Assembly: GCA_002366725.1 (NCBI GenBank)
Contig: DFBT01000105.1
Location: 442-46,631 of the forward strand
Length of the DNA stretch: 46,190 nt
Reading direction: 5' to 3'
Source: a candidate division WOR-3 bacterium UBA3073
GTDB lineage: Bacteria; Hydrothermota; UBA3073
The translations under genes and the position numbers were made by a program. Positions 9,234-19,374 of this stretch are shown piece after piece. The notes under the pieces are model-generated. The model was not told the origin of the DNA, ran no database searches, and saw only the letters and a program-made list of their open reading frames with translations. Position 1 is the stretch's first letter. Each line of letters starts with the position of its first letter.

Positions 9234-9941
9234 CTATACGCAATCCAAAATCTGCAAAATTTCATCGAGCGCCGCTATCTCAAAATCGGGTTTAATATCC
9301 ACCTGTAACGGACGCAAGTGGTGAGGATTGAACCAACATGCCCGCATTCCGGCTCTCTTGGCACCTACTACATCCACATTATATGAATCACCTACAAACA
9401 AACATTCTTCGGGTTCCCTGGCTAACGAGGTATTGGCTTTCCAAAAGATTCGGGGGTCTGGCTTGAGAAGGCCCACTTCTCCCGATAGCACAATACAATT
9501 AAATAGCTGTTCGACACCCAAAGTCTTCAGCTTCTGATATTGTACATCCGGAAAGCCATTAGAGATAACGCCCAACTGAAATTTCCCGACAAGATTCTCT
9601 ATTACAAACTTTGCACCCCTGACCTGTGCCCCAACTGTGGAATAGGACTTTATATACATCGTTGTTATCTTATCTGCAATGTCTTCACTCAATCCGAGAA
9701 TCTTGAGAAATCTCCTGCTTCTTCCATTACGAACCACATCGGCAGGGCCGCCCCCGTTGAATTCCTGTGTGGCCAAACGGTCTGATTCTAAGAATGCGTC
9801 AAATATCGTCTCTTCATCTATTCCCGTGAATATCTCAATAGACTCTTGCACGATGAGATGAAGTATCTCTCGCTGGGCTCTATTCCTGTCAAAAAGCGTG
9901 TCATCCACATCAAAGAGAACTGCTTTTAATTTTTTAATCAT
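9234..9941 (-). CDS. HAD-IA hydrolase (YjjG-like)
   Basis: FDVDDTL, ISNG, KPDPRIF, VGDSYNVD; start moved to MIKKLK (9941). Confidence 0.88.
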   Translation of the reverse strand: MIKKLKAVLFDVDDTLFDRNRAQREILHLIVQESIEIFTGIDEETIFDAFLESDRLATQEFNGGGPADVVRNGRSRRFLKILGLSEDIADKITTMYIKSYSTVGAQVRGAKFVIENLVGKFQLGVISNGFPDVQYQKLKTLGVEQLFNCIVLSGEVGLLKPDPRIFWKANTSLAREPEECLFVGDSYNVDVVGAKRAGMRACWFNPHHLRPLQVDIKPDFEIAALDEILQILDCV

Positions 9942-10082
9942 ATTTGATTTTCTGTAACCCGCTGCTTTAGCAGTGGTGCATAAAAGTAGAATAACACCTA
10001 CCAAGTTTTGGACCCTTTTAAGGGGCTTTATCAAACTGTCTTAAGGCGTTCAAGGAGTTTAGAGAGTTTAAAACGATTTTTA

Positions 10083-10700
10083 TCAAATTAACGAACTTAC
10101 GGCGTCAAATATAAATTTTCCGCTGAAAAATAAAAGAAACACCCCGCAAATTGCGAAGACATACTTTTGGAATTTTCTACCAAAGAATTGCCCACCCCTG
10201 AAGGACAAAGCTGCAAGAAAAGAACACCACAGAAAGTCACAAAGCCAGTGAAGCAATGCAAAAATTAAAAACCACAATATGCCAAACTCAGCTGAACGCA
10301 ATATCAAAGCAGCACCAACGGTTGCCCACCAAATAATAAAATATGGATTGCCCAAACTTATTAGTATTCCAGCTACTATTGGCGAATGGGTATATCTGTT
10401 TGCCCTGACCTCGGCATTGTTTACGCTGCGAAACATACCAATGCCCATAATCAAAAGGAATAATCCTCCAACAATACCAATTATCTCTTTTACATAAGAA
10501 AGATTTACCAAATATCCGAAACCGTAAAAGATGGCTATCATCAATGGAAATTCAATTATTCCGTGCCCTATCGCTATCAGCACACCGGCACGAGGAGATT
10601 CGCTTCCTTTTGCCACCGTTACAGCGGTCATGGGTCCAGGAGCCATTACACCGGATAGGGAAATCAGCCCTGCCTCAAGTAAAAACACCAAAACAGGCAT
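10083..10700 (-). CDS. LysE family exporter
   Basis: APGPM, GHGIIE, LGNPYFIIWW; hydrophobic. Confidence 0.85.
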   Translation of the reverse strand: MPVLVFLLEAGLISLSGVMAPGPMTAVTVAKGSESPRAGVLIAIGHGIIEFPLMIAIFYGFGYLVNLSYVKEIIGIVGGLFLLIMGIGMFRSVNNAEVRANRYTHSPIVAGILISLGNPYFIIWWATVGAALILRSAEFGILWFLIFALLHWLCDFLWCSFLAALSFRGGQFFGRKFQKYVFAICGVFLLFFSGKFIFDAVSSLI

Positions 10701-10804
10701 ATTCTTTTACTTCTACCTTTAATTTTCAATTTATCCTGAACAGATATTACACATAACTCGTCAATATCGGCGTTGAAGATTTGCAAGCTTAGCAGTAGAA
10801 GAAT

Positions 10805-11689
10805 CTATCTGCAAAGTTCTCTATAATTGCAATAGTTACATATTTTTATGTTTGTAGTTTTTGTGAATTCCCTTTTATCTTTTGGAATGTTTTCTTCCGT
10901 ATTGCTACACATGGAATACATTTCTTCTGTTTCTTCTTTAATCTGACCTGCGAAGTCTTGAACGTCGTATTCGTTAAATTTCATTTGTACTTCCTCGTAG
11001 GATGGTCTTAAATAAGCAATCGTAGGAAAGATTTTAACCGGGTCTTTCCCCAGATGAAAAGAAGCCCAGGAGGTATATCCCAATAACTGCTTTTTATGTT
11101 TTACTTCGTTCCTTTTTCCCGTTTTCCAGTCAAATATAAATATAACATCATCAACGGGGAAAAGGAAATCAACTTTACAATATATTTTCATTCCACTGAG
11201 CCTGGCTTCCCCGTATCCGGGAGGTTCAATTATCCAATTCGTTTTGTTGAATAATGCCTTCGTTGTTAACCAATTGTATCTCTCGCTGTTTAAAAAATTC
11301 TTTAAGGCATTTTGTATTTTATTAAATAATTCAGCGGTATTTATATCACTTACTTCGTTGTAATACACTTCCATAAATGTTTTTGAGCGACAGTGTTCTT
11401 CGGTCTTTCTCTTGGTAAAATCCAAAAATCGCGTTACATTTACTACTTCTTCTGATTTCAATAAGCGTTCTAAAAGGACTGTAATAACCTGGTGAACAAT
11501 ATTTCCTATTTCCAGGGGAATTGAAGTCAATTTTTTTAACTTCTCGATTTGTTCTCCTGGGTAATCCCTATCATATTTCGCATAATAATCATAATAATAC
11601 CGTCTCTTACAAGAACAGAATTTATCGTATCTACTTAGAGACCAGCCCAATATTGGGGTAAAACCAAACCTTTTTATCATTTCAAACAC
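10805..11689 (-). CDS. PD-(D/E)XK nuclease, RecB/AddB/Cas4-like with Fe-S staple cysteines
   Basis: WSLSRY..CSCKRRYYY, GNIVH, KVD..IFDWKTG, QLLGY, CNYCNYRELC. Confidence 0.8.
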   Translation of the reverse strand: MFEMIKRFGFTPILGWSLSRYDKFCSCKRRYYYDYYAKYDRDYPGEQIEKLKKLTSIPLEIGNIVHQVITVLLERLLKSEEVVNVTRFLDFTKRKTEEHCRSKTFMEVYYNEVSDINTAELFNKIQNALKNFLNSERYNWLTTKALFNKTNWIIEPPGYGEARLSGMKIYCKVDFLFPVDDVIFIFDWKTGKRNEVKHKKQLLGYTSWASFHLGKDPVKIFPTIAYLRPSYEEVQMKFNEYDVQDFAGQIKEETEEMYSMCSNTEENIPKDKREFTKTTNIKICNYCNYRELCR

Positions 11690-11732
11690 CCCCTTTTATC
11701 TGACTAAAAAACGATATACCCTCTGTATTCTT

Positions 11733-11761
11733 ATGATAATATAAAATCGATGAAAAGTCAA
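11733..11761 (-). promoter_or_regulatory. Sigma70 promoter for the nuclease
   Basis: TTGACT-17-TATCAT. Confidence 0.6.
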
Positions 11762-12180
11762 GAAAAATATTAGCAGATTGACTAATTTAAGAGATATTGT
11801 CAGCGGATTAAACTGATTGAGCAGATTGGGGAGATATTAAGGAGTGGTTACTTGGAAATGGTTTGTGGTAAAACTTATAGGTTCAATTTAGGACCATCTA
11901 CCAAGAATCCGAATAGATTTTTTTTGTTAATCGTAGTACCAGATTACTTGAATATCATAACTATTACTATAAACATTTATATTTCAAAAGGAACGAATAT
12001 ATCTTGAATTTTTATCTAATTTGAACGATAAGTTACTTGTCTACCTACAAGCTGGAATACATGATGAATGTTAAAGAAGTAAAAAAATACTATGCAATAA
12101 TTTTCTTACTCGTCGTAACCCCGTCTCAAACGGGGTAAACTCCGTAGTGATCCCCCCTCTGGCGGGACATAATCATTAAA

Positions 12181-13374
12181 CTATCTGTCTTCTAATTTCC
12201 AAAGCTGATTCCCAATAATAAAATAAGGTGGTGCACCCCCTCCAAATCCACCTAAAGCACTTTCCGATATTATTGCAATGGTATAAAACGAATCCGATAT
12301 GCTTCCACTGAGCACAGAAATCGACTGTGAATGGAAATAATAATGTCCAGCTGCCGAAGAATCATCTACAACTTCAATGAGCCATGAATCTGCCGAAAAT
12401 CCTCCTGTACTTGCAGGATTAGCTGGGTCAGAGAGATTTAGTAACTTGTAATCAACCCTACCTATGGCATATCCGTATTTAGGAACTAAAATCAAATGGT
12501 CACCGAATAAAAAAGCGGATTTATATTCCCATTCTAACCCATTGTAAACGAGCACAGGATTTAATGGGTCATTCAAATCGAAGACAGTTGGTAAGCTTTC
12601 ATTATTTCCAATGAGAATAAGATAATTGGATATGAAGGTCATCTCTTTGACAAAGTACTTCTCAATTACAGAAAGCTCTTTATACTGCCCATCCGTTGTA
12701 TAAGAGAAGATTCGCAATGGTCCAGGTCCATAAGGATAACCAACACCCAGGATTGTATCTTTTACTGCAAATGGCCCAAGGTATCCGGAAATGTCCAGAT
12801 GAAATAGCTGTTGTGGTTGTAGCGGATTTTGTAATGTATAAACATAAATCCCGTCTTCGTGCGTGCTAAACCAAAGTGTGTCGCCATAAAGGTTAATCTT
12901 CTTGACTGTTATGGGAAGCTGTGCAAAAGCCACTTCTGTGATTTCTTGGTCGTTATACGAATACATATGATAACCGCCTCCATATTCAATGGTCAGCAAG
13001 GTTCCAGAATCAAATCGGATAGCTGTCCCGGCAACATTTCCAATAAGTTCAAATTGCTGTGGTGTAGGCGTAAGGATATATTGGGTTGGCGATAGTGAAC
13101 GGACAACTTGAGGAAAGTAATTGTTTTTGTAAATTACTGCTCTTTCTCCAAGAGCATGGCCTGGTAGGATTGCAATACCCTCGCTGTCTGTTTGAACTCG
13201 AAAAAATTCCCAATCAAATCCACCTTCAATAAAAGCACCATCAATTGGTTGTCCTTCTGAAGTATAAACTGTTACTTCAAATGGCTTTTTTGGACAAACC
13301 ACTTTTTCCTCGCATCCTAATATCAATAGAATGACCACACCAAACAAGTATATTTTTTGGCGATTATAAAACAT
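12181..13374 (-). CDS. Lipoprotein with LVIVD-like beta-propeller repeats
   Basis: Lipobox LILGC; repeats such as FDLNDPLNP and LNLSDPANP. Confidence 0.7.
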   Translation of the reverse strand: MFYNRQKIYLFGVVILLILGCEEKVVCPKKPFEVTVYTSEGQPIDGAFIEGGFDWEFFRVQTDSEGIAILPGHALGERAVIYKNNYFPQVVRSLSPTQYILTPTPQQFELIGNVAGTAIRFDSGTLLTIEYGGGYHMYSYNDQEITEVAFAQLPITVKKINLYGDTLWFSTHEDGIYVYTLQNPLQPQQLFHLDISGYLGPFAVKDTILGVGYPYGPGPLRIFSYTTDGQYKELSVIEKYFVKEMTFISNYLILIGNNESLPTVFDLNDPLNPVLVYNGLEWEYKSAFLFGDHLILVPKYGYAIGRVDYKLLNLSDPANPASTGGFSADSWLIEVVDDSSAAGHYYFHSQSISVLSGSISDSFYTIAIISESALGGFGGGAPPYFIIGNQLWKLEDR

Positions 13375-13623
13375 TTGATACTAAGAAGTTAGAAAAAGCA
13401 AAACAGTGCCTTGCCTGCCTGACGGTAGGCAGGTAAGAGACCTATAAGAGACAAACTAATTTTTATATTTAAAGTCTCATCTCAGTCTCGTATGAGTCCC
13501 TGTTAAAAAATTTCGAACGCGTGATGTCAGGAGTTACCTCCTGACATGGGCCTTCACCTACCGGCAGGCCTGCAGGAGAAAGCGATAAGAATAAAATTTA
13601 GTGTCAAAACTTTTGTAGTTACC
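13359..13623. mobile_element. MITE with IS1/IS1595-like 26-bp imperfect TIRs
   Basis: GGCGATTATAAAACATTTGATACTAA vs rc GGTAACTACAAAAGTTTTGACACTAA (19/26); the first 20 nt recur at 46171. Confidence 0.65.
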
Positions 13624-13633
13624 ACATAAAACT

Positions 13634-15181
13634 CTATTCAAGGGAAAACATATAGTATGCGTTCGGCATACCCCCATAATACATCTGAACATCGAGCGAG
13701 GGGAACTCATCCTTAATTCGAGCCAGAAGGGAGTCAAAGATCTTCTCTTCTAGGGGCTTGCCGTAGTATATCGTGAGAAGACTTTGTCCCTCAATCAGGC
13801 TGCGTATTGCCCCCAAAAGACAGGTATCGGAGTCTCTGGACACGGAGATGAGTTTTTTGTGCTTCAGGCAGAGGGAATCTCCTTTCCTTATTATTTTCTC
13901 TCCGATCTTCGCATCTCTCACCGCCCATTTTATCTCACCGGATACCACATTTCCAATCGAGCTCAGCATATCCCTCATTACCTCCTCCAGATCCCCGTCT
14001 TCCTTGAATGTAAGCAATGCCGAGATACCTTCCAAGACCGACTTCGTTTTCACGACCTCGCACCGAATGTTGGAAAGTTCCCTTGCCTTCATTGCGGCGG
14101 GTATAACATTGGCGTCATTTGGAAGTATTATTGCCTTCCTTCCCACTTTTTCTACCGCGCTCACGATCTCACCCGTGCTCGGGTTTCGTTCTCCCGACAG
14201 CACCAGTGATGCTCCCATGCTCATCATTATGTCCTTTATGCCATCTCCATTACCGTAAGCAATAACAGACAGTCCTTCCTTTTCTTCGCCGAGAAAGACT
14301 TTCTGCTCTTTTTTCATGTCGTTTATCTGTACCCTCACGATATTGCCCATCTCCTTACATTTATCTAAAACCAGGGGGGGGTTATTGGTGTGTATATGCA
14401 CCTTTACAAGATTTTCTTCGTGCCCCACAATGAGACTGTCTCCCAGCTGTCTAATTTTCTCTTTTATCTCGGAAGAATGTGCGTCCATGGTTATATTTAC
14501 ACAGAACCTGTTGTATGATTTTGTATGCCAGACATCGGCACTTGTGTCTACCTCTATTTCTATTTTCTTGGGTTTTTTACCCGTCAGATAGGCATTGAAG
14601 GCATCGAGAATAAAACAAAATCCCTGTGCCCCGGCATCAACTACTCCCGCTTCCTTGAGTATTGGCAGTAAATCCGGTGTTCTGGCGAGGGCATCATAAC
14701 CAATCTTCACAACAAATTCCGATAATTTCTCCATAGTTTTAAAACTAATTTTTTTCACCGCCTCGCACACATCCTCCATAACGGTGAGAATGGTGCCTCT
14801 AACGGGGTTCTCTATTGCGCATATTGCCTCTTTCGTTGCGTGGTCAAGTATAGAGGGCACGAGAGACAGCGATATATACTCTTCCCTATTAGTTATGTCC
14901 TCTACGCCCGCAAAAAATTGGGCGAGAATTATTCCGGAATTTCCTCTCGCCCCCATTACCGCTTCCCTTGAAAATACTCGTAGTAAATCTCTGAAAGTTC
15001 CATCACTGTCTGTTTTAATACCGCACCATCCGCTGTTTACAGTGAGGTACATATTTGTACCGGTATCTCCATCGGGCACGGGAAATACATTCAGACTGTT
15101 AAGGTAGTCCTCATTCTCTCTTAATGTCCATCTCGCGAGAGACAGAATCCCCCTTATATCATCGGATTTAAGGACCTCCAT
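13634..15181 (-). CDS. fakA: DAK2-domain protein, fatty acid kinase A-like
   Basis: LNVFPVPDGDTGTNM, ARGNSG, GVVDAG, KVHIHT, NPST. Confidence 0.85.
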   Translation of the reverse strand: MEVLKSDDIRGILSLARWTLRENEDYLNSLNVFPVPDGDTGTNMYLTVNSGWCGIKTDSDGTFRDLLRVFSREAVMGARGNSGIILAQFFAGVEDITNREEYISLSLVPSILDHATKEAICAIENPVRGTILTVMEDVCEAVKKISFKTMEKLSEFVVKIGYDALARTPDLLPILKEAGVVDAGAQGFCFILDAFNAYLTGKKPKKIEIEVDTSADVWHTKSYNRFCVNITMDAHSSEIKEKIRQLGDSLIVGHEENLVKVHIHTNNPPLVLDKCKEMGNIVRVQINDMKKEQKVFLGEEKEGLSVIAYGNGDGIKDIMMSMGASLVLSGERNPSTGEIVSAVEKVGRKAIILPNDANVIPAAMKARELSNIRCEVVKTKSVLEGISALLTFKEDGDLEEVMRDMLSSIGNVVSGEIKWAVRDAKIGEKIIRKGDSLCLKHKKLISVSRDSDTCLLGAIRSLIEGQSLLTIYYGKPLEEKIFDSLLARIKDEFPSLDVQMYYGGMPNAYYMFSLE

Positions 15182-15255
15182 GTTACTGCCCCTTTCCTGT
15201 CTGGGTTAGAAACTCGTTAATTGCCCACAAAGGACACGAAGGACACAGAAAATTA

Positions 15256-15535
15256 GACGTTATCCCAAAGTGTTGTGGTAACAGAAAAAAGGACACCTGT
15301 CATTGCGAGCGTTAGCGAAGCAATCCCATTCCTTAATATCAATCACTGATATGAGATTGCTTCATCCGTACGGATTCGCAAAGACAGACTATACTTGTAT
15401 CATTGCGAATGAACACAATAATCACTATTATAACTTGTGATAGATTCTGTGAAATAAACCATTCTATAGAGATTAAACTTCTTAAAGTCCAATACAGATG
15501 GTTTTAATGCCATCACAACACTTTAGGACATTCCC
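15256..15535. mobile_element. MITE, IS256-like ends, 8-bp TSD GAAAATTA
   Basis: TIR cores TATCCCAAAGTGTTGTGGT / rc TGTCCTAAAGTGTTGTGAT; GAAAATTA at 15248-15255 and 15536-15543. Confidence 0.75.
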
Positions 15536-15546
15536 GAAAATTAAAC

Positions 15547-18500
15547 TCATTTCTTCAATCTCACGGATATTATTTTAGACACGCCGGGTTCTTCCATCGT
15601 AACGCCATAGAGGTAATTTGCGGCTTCCATAGTTTGCTTGTTATGGGTGATGAGGATGAACTGATTGGTATCTGCCCTCTTCCTTATTAACGAGAGAAAT
15701 TTTAGCAAGTTCGCGTCGTCCAGTGGGGCATCAACCTCGTCGAGTATCATAAAAGGAGTTGGTCTGAGTTCGTATACGCCAAAGAACAGGGCAATAACGG
15801 AGAGTGTTTTCTCACCCGTTGACAGCTGTTCGATCCTTCTGAGTTTCTTCCCCCCCGGTGACACCTCTATATCGATATTGTTCTCGAGAGGGTCTCCACT
15901 GCAGAGAACGAGTCTTGCCCCACCGCCCTGAAAAAGTGTTCGAAAAATATCATCAAATCTTTCGTTTATCTTCACTATAGCATCTCTGACCTTATTACGG
16001 GCCTGTTCATCCAATAGTTTTATGGTCTCCTCCACGATGTTTCTTGTTCGCAGTATGTCTTCCCTTTCATCCTCGAGAAATTTCAATCTCTCTTTTATCT
16101 CTATATGTTCTTTCACAGCAAGGGGGTTCACCGGCTGCATTGACTGTATTCTTCTCTCATGATTTTTCAATCTCTCCTCCACATTATCGATATGGTACGA
16201 TTCGTTGGGTTTCTTCACTCCCATACTCTTCAGTTCGGCAGCCCGGGATTCGAGTCGGGCGATCTCAAGCTCAAGGGAGTGACGGTTCTCCCTCAGCGAA
16301 TCAAGCGAATGTCTCGCTTTCTCAATCTCTGTCTCAAGTTCAAAAAAATCGATGACACCCTCGGGCGGTTTTTCATCAGAACCCTCCTCTGCCTCCTTCC
16401 TCAAATTCTCAAGTTCTTCCGTCACTCTTTTATATGAGATGCCTATCTCATTCTGATTCTGTTTTAATCCCCTCTCTTTCTCCATGATACCAGAAAGGTT
16501 TCGCCTCATCTCAGAGAGGTTTTTATCAAACCCCTCTACCTCTTTCTTCAGAAACTTCAATTCATTTTCGAGGGTAGAAATTTCTCCCTCTTTTTTCCTC
16601 CTCTCTTCGATCATTCTGTTCGCATCGCCGATCTCATCATCTATTCTTTTTTTCTCTCCGTCCTTTTTCTCAAGGAGTTCTCTTAAATGTAGAAGCGTCT
16701 CTTCCGCCGACTCCACATCAAGCTCAATATCCCTCTTTAGTTCATTTTCAAGCCTTTCAATAGTCTCGTTCATTTCATTTATTTCCCTCTCGAGATTTTT
16801 TATCCCGATGCTCAATAAAGTCCTTTTTCTCTCGTAACCTATTCTCTCGTTCTGAATCTCAATTAATGTATTTCGCCTCTCTTCTATTTCTCTCTCAATA
16901 TCAGCCAATTCCTTCTCCAACTTGCTTTTGCCAAGTTTGATCTCGGGTTCTCCAACCTCCAAAATACCGAGACGAGTCAACAACTCCCCGTTCTGCGTCA
17001 CGATTGGAGAGACCACACCCTTCCCGTGAAGGGCGATAGCGGATTTAATGTCTGGAGTTACGACAAACTTACGCAGGATTGGCGTTATGTGCTCATATCC
17101 ATTCTCCACCTCCACAAAAGATGAGAGACATTCGTAATCCATGCCGGGGTCAACTTCGGGTATCAGTTCGGGGGTAATGAATTTCCTTCTCAAACCATCA
17201 TAAAAATAGATATCCTCGAGTCTATTCACCAGTATACAGGAGAGTATTGACCCCAGTGCGCCATACACAACCTTCTCTTTTCCCTTTTTCGGGCTAATTA
17301 CACTGCCGAGTTTCACAAAACCCTCATCGGAAATTGCGTCTTTCACATAAGTCAACAATTGCGCCCTCTGCTCTTCGAGCACCCTCAGAGAATCTCTCAA
17401 ATTATTTACATCCCGTGAAGGAGGTTGCAACTTCTCGTGTGATTCCTTTTTCTCCTCCAATTTTCTTTCAGCTTTCCTTTTTTTCTCCTTTACCCTCTCG
17501 AGTTCGTTACTTATATTCTCCTTTCTCTTCCCGTGGGTCTCGAGCACGGTTCGTGTGACTATGAGATTTTCCTTTATTGATGTCTCATCCTTTTGCAGAG
17601 CTTCGATCTCCTTTACAATTTTCTCCCTTCTCTCGTGCAACGACCTGTCTACCCCGGGTAACAAATTCAATTTGTTCTTTTCAGTCTCAATAAGAGATAG
17701 TGTCTTCTTGTATTTATCTTCTATACCACTCTTTGCCTTACCGACTTTTATCAACTCATTCGTTATCCTCTCCTTCTCCTTCACAATCTCATCTAATTTC
17801 TCCCTGAGATTTTCTTTCTTCTCCCTTAACGACGATTCACGCTTTTCCAGCATAACGATCTTATTTCCTATTTCTCTCCCCCTCTTGACCTCATCTTTTC
17901 TCCAACCCACGATAGAGGCAATAGACTTTTCCAGTTCCTTTATTCTGGTTATTATATTTTTCTCCTCGAGGATGAAAGAGGAGACGAGCTTTGATTTTTC
18001 TTCAACCTGGGCTCTCTTACTCTCCATAAGCATCCATCGCATATAACCCATCTCTGTCATCAGGTTCTCGTATTTCGCCGATCTTCTGGCTTCGCTCCGC
18101 AGTTTTATTTCTCTTGTAGAAACCTCGCTTATCAAATTATCCAACTTCTCTATATCGGTTTTTACACGCTGGAGTCTTGTAAGTGTATTGAGTTTATGGT
18201 TTCTATAGGTTGATACACCTGCGATCTCTTCTACCGTTCTTCTCCTGTAGTACGGGTCTCCAGAAAGGACAGAATTTATTTCCTCCCTTGAGAGGATCGA
18301 GTAACCCCGGGGATTCGCCACCTCAAACAGGTCTATAATATCCCTCTGAAGGACTTTTTTGCCGTTTATCGTGCATTCATTTTCTCCTGACCTGTGCAGC
18401 CTTTTTGAGATAACAACCTCACTCGATGAGGTGGATAACATACCGTCGTTAAAAAAAGTCAACGATACCTCTGCCATTCCCCTCTGGGGCTTCCTCTCTG

Positions 18501-18705
18501 TCCCGTGAAATATTAACTCGTCCATACTCTTTGCGCGCAGGAGGGAAGTTTTACTTTCACCCAGTGCCCACCTAATTGCATCTATGATGTTGGATTTGCC
18601 GCATCCATTTGGCCCTATGATGCAATTTATTCCCGAATGAAGTTTAATGATGGTCTTCTGGGGAAAAGATTTAAAACCGGAGATAGCAATAGATTCAAGG
18701 TACAT
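15547..18705 (-). CDS. smc: Chromosome segregation protein SMC
   Basis: GFKSF, GPNGCGKSN, long coiled coils, LDEVDAPLD, ITH. Confidence 0.92.
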   Translation of the reverse strand: MYLESIAISGFKSFPQKTIIKLHSGINCIIGPNGCGKSNIIDAIRWALGESKTSLLRAKSMDELIFHGTERKPQRGMAEVSLTFFNDGMLSTSSSEVVISKRLHRSGENECTINGKKVLQRDIIDLFEVANPRGYSILSREEINSVLSGDPYYRRRTVEEIAGVSTYRNHKLNTLTRLQRVKTDIEKLDNLISEVSTREIKLRSEARRSAKYENLMTEMGYMRWMLMESKRAQVEEKSKLVSSFILEEKNIITRIKELEKSIASIVGWRKDEVKRGREIGNKIVMLEKRESSLREKKENLREKLDEIVKEKERITNELIKVGKAKSGIEDKYKKTLSLIETEKNKLNLLPGVDRSLHERREKIVKEIEALQKDETSIKENLIVTRTVLETHGKRKENISNELERVKEKKRKAERKLEEKKESHEKLQPPSRDVNNLRDSLRVLEEQRAQLLTYVKDAISDEGFVKLGSVISPKKGKEKVVYGALGSILSCILVNRLEDIYFYDGLRRKFITPELIPEVDPGMDYECLSSFVEVENGYEHITPILRKFVVTPDIKSAIALHGKGVVSPIVTQNGELLTRLGILEVGEPEIKLGKSKLEKELADIEREIEERRNTLIEIQNERIGYERKRTLLSIGIKNLEREINEMNETIERLENELKRDIELDVESAEETLLHLRELLEKKDGEKKRIDDEIGDANRMIEERRKKEGEISTLENELKFLKKEVEGFDKNLSEMRRNLSGIMEKERGLKQNQNEIGISYKRVTEELENLRKEAEEGSDEKPPEGVIDFFELETEIEKARHSLDSLRENRHSLELEIARLESRAAELKSMGVKKPNESYHIDNVEERLKNHERRIQSMQPVNPLAVKEHIEIKERLKFLEDEREDILRTRNIVEETIKLLDEQARNKVRDAIVKINERFDDIFRTLFQGGGARLVLCSGDPLENNIDIEVSPGGKKLRRIEQLSTGEKTLSVIALFFGVYELRPTPFMILDEVDAPLDDANLLKFLSLIRKRADTNQFILITHNKQTMEAANYLYGVTMEEPGVSKIISVRLKK

Positions 18706-18737
18706 AGGTGGGAAAATATAAAAAAAATCGATGCAAG

Positions 18738-19358
18738 CTATTCTAATTTCATCATTCTCGCTTCAAATATATCCTTTATCTCATTATGTATCTGCTTTAT
18801 GCTTCTCATACCGTTCAGAAGCACGATCCTTTCCGGATTTTCCCGGTTCAGCTTAAGATAACCACTTCTGATGCGATTATGAAACTCCACACCCTCCATC
18901 TCAAGCCTATCTTCTCTCTCTATTCTCTTCAGAGCAATCTCGGTGTCCATATCCAAGAGAAAAGTCAAATTGGGCAATAAACCACCGGTGGCAGTTTTAT
19001 TGAGTTGCTTTATCAGGTTTTTGGATATACCCCTTCCCTCTCCCTGATATGCCACAGAGGCATCTATATATCTATCGCAGATGACAACCTTCCCCTGGGC
19101 AAGGGCGGGTTTTATAACCTCCTGAGTGTGTTGTGCCCTCGAAGCGAGATAAAGAAACAACTCTGTATAGGGAACCATATCAAGGTGTCTGCGGTCGAGA
19201 AGTATGTCCCTTATTCTCTCCGATATATCCGACCCGCCCGGTTCCCTTGTGAGAATTGAGGAGATACCTTTACTCTGCAGGTACTCGTATAAAAGCCTCG
19301 CTTGTATACTCTTACCGCATCCCTCTACTCCTTCGAATGTAACAAGAAATTCTGGCAT
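18738..19358 (-). CDS. tmk: Thymidylate kinase
   Basis: FEGVEGCGKS, TREPGG, CDRY..SVAYQG. Confidence 0.95.
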   Translation of the reverse strand: MPEFLVTFEGVEGCGKSIQARLLYEYLQSKGISSILTREPGGSDISERIRDILLDRRHLDMVPYTELFLYLASRAQHTQEVIKPALAQGKVVICDRYIDASVAYQGEGRGISKNLIKQLNKTATGGLLPNLTFLLDMDTEIALKRIEREDRLEMEGVEFHNRIRSGYLKLNRENPERIVLLNGMRSIKQIHNEIKDIFEARMMKLE

Positions 19359-19374
19359 AGGCTAAGCCTTTCCG

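Noticed and set aside
11858-12007. 49-codon AT-rich ORF on the plus strand
   Set aside because: No recognisable family; probably decayed sequence
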